Shown here one piece after another: positions 63,989 to 64,000 of a DNA stretch of 64,000 nt. Location: NCBI RefSeq assembly GCF_009914755.1, contig NC_060941.1; one strand, 5' to 3'. The notes below the pieces were generated by a model that saw only the letters and a program-made list of their open reading frames with translations, made no database searches and was not told the origin of the DNA. Made by a program: the position numbers and the translations under genes. Positions within the stretch are counted from its first letter, which is position 1, and every line of letters begins with the position of its first letter. Source of the stretch: the human T2T-CHM13v2.0 reference genome, Homo sapiens.

Positions 63989-64000
63989 GAATGCTTCTAG
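63989..64000 (+). CDS. BCAS3: Start of next BCAS3 coding exon E (cut by window end)
   Basis: Strong pyrimidine tract ttgttttttgtcttccag|GA ATG CTT CTA G; completes Gly codon from exon D (SG-MLL). Confidence 0.85.
   Translation, partial: ECF

Overview
Human genomic DNA (a 5'-truncated AluYa5 with all five diagnostic bases supports this), lying entirely inside the large + strand gene BCAS3, a WD40/beta-propeller autophagy protein; the gene was recognised from memory of its protein sequence. Four complete coding exons (77, 84, 171, 94 nt) and the first 12 nt of a fifth splice into one open frame with GT-AG junctions and matching phases. The introns are dominated by retroelements: the 5' 4.2 kb of a young L1PA2-like element antisense to the gene, an old near-full-length L1, about 35 Alus, a 7SL retrocopy, a solo ERV1 LTR and Tigger/hAT DNA transposons. 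Main leads: (1) the young L1 has stop codons in ORF1 and ORF2 but keeps an intact antisense-promoter region and intact ORF0, whose first splice donor is in frame with the next BCAS3 exon, predicting an ORF0-BCAS3 fusion protein; (2) a repeat-free intronic block holds an open 94-nt exon-like segment with the same length, phases and terminal bases as the next coding exon, plus a candidate poison or terminal exon; (3) a palindromic double-homeodomain 25-mer occurs twice about 1 kb apart; (4) a templated-insertion scar sits in a Tigger4 element; (5) two inverted Alus lie only 30 bp apart. Repeat subfamily calls were made by eye and repeat boundaries are approximate.
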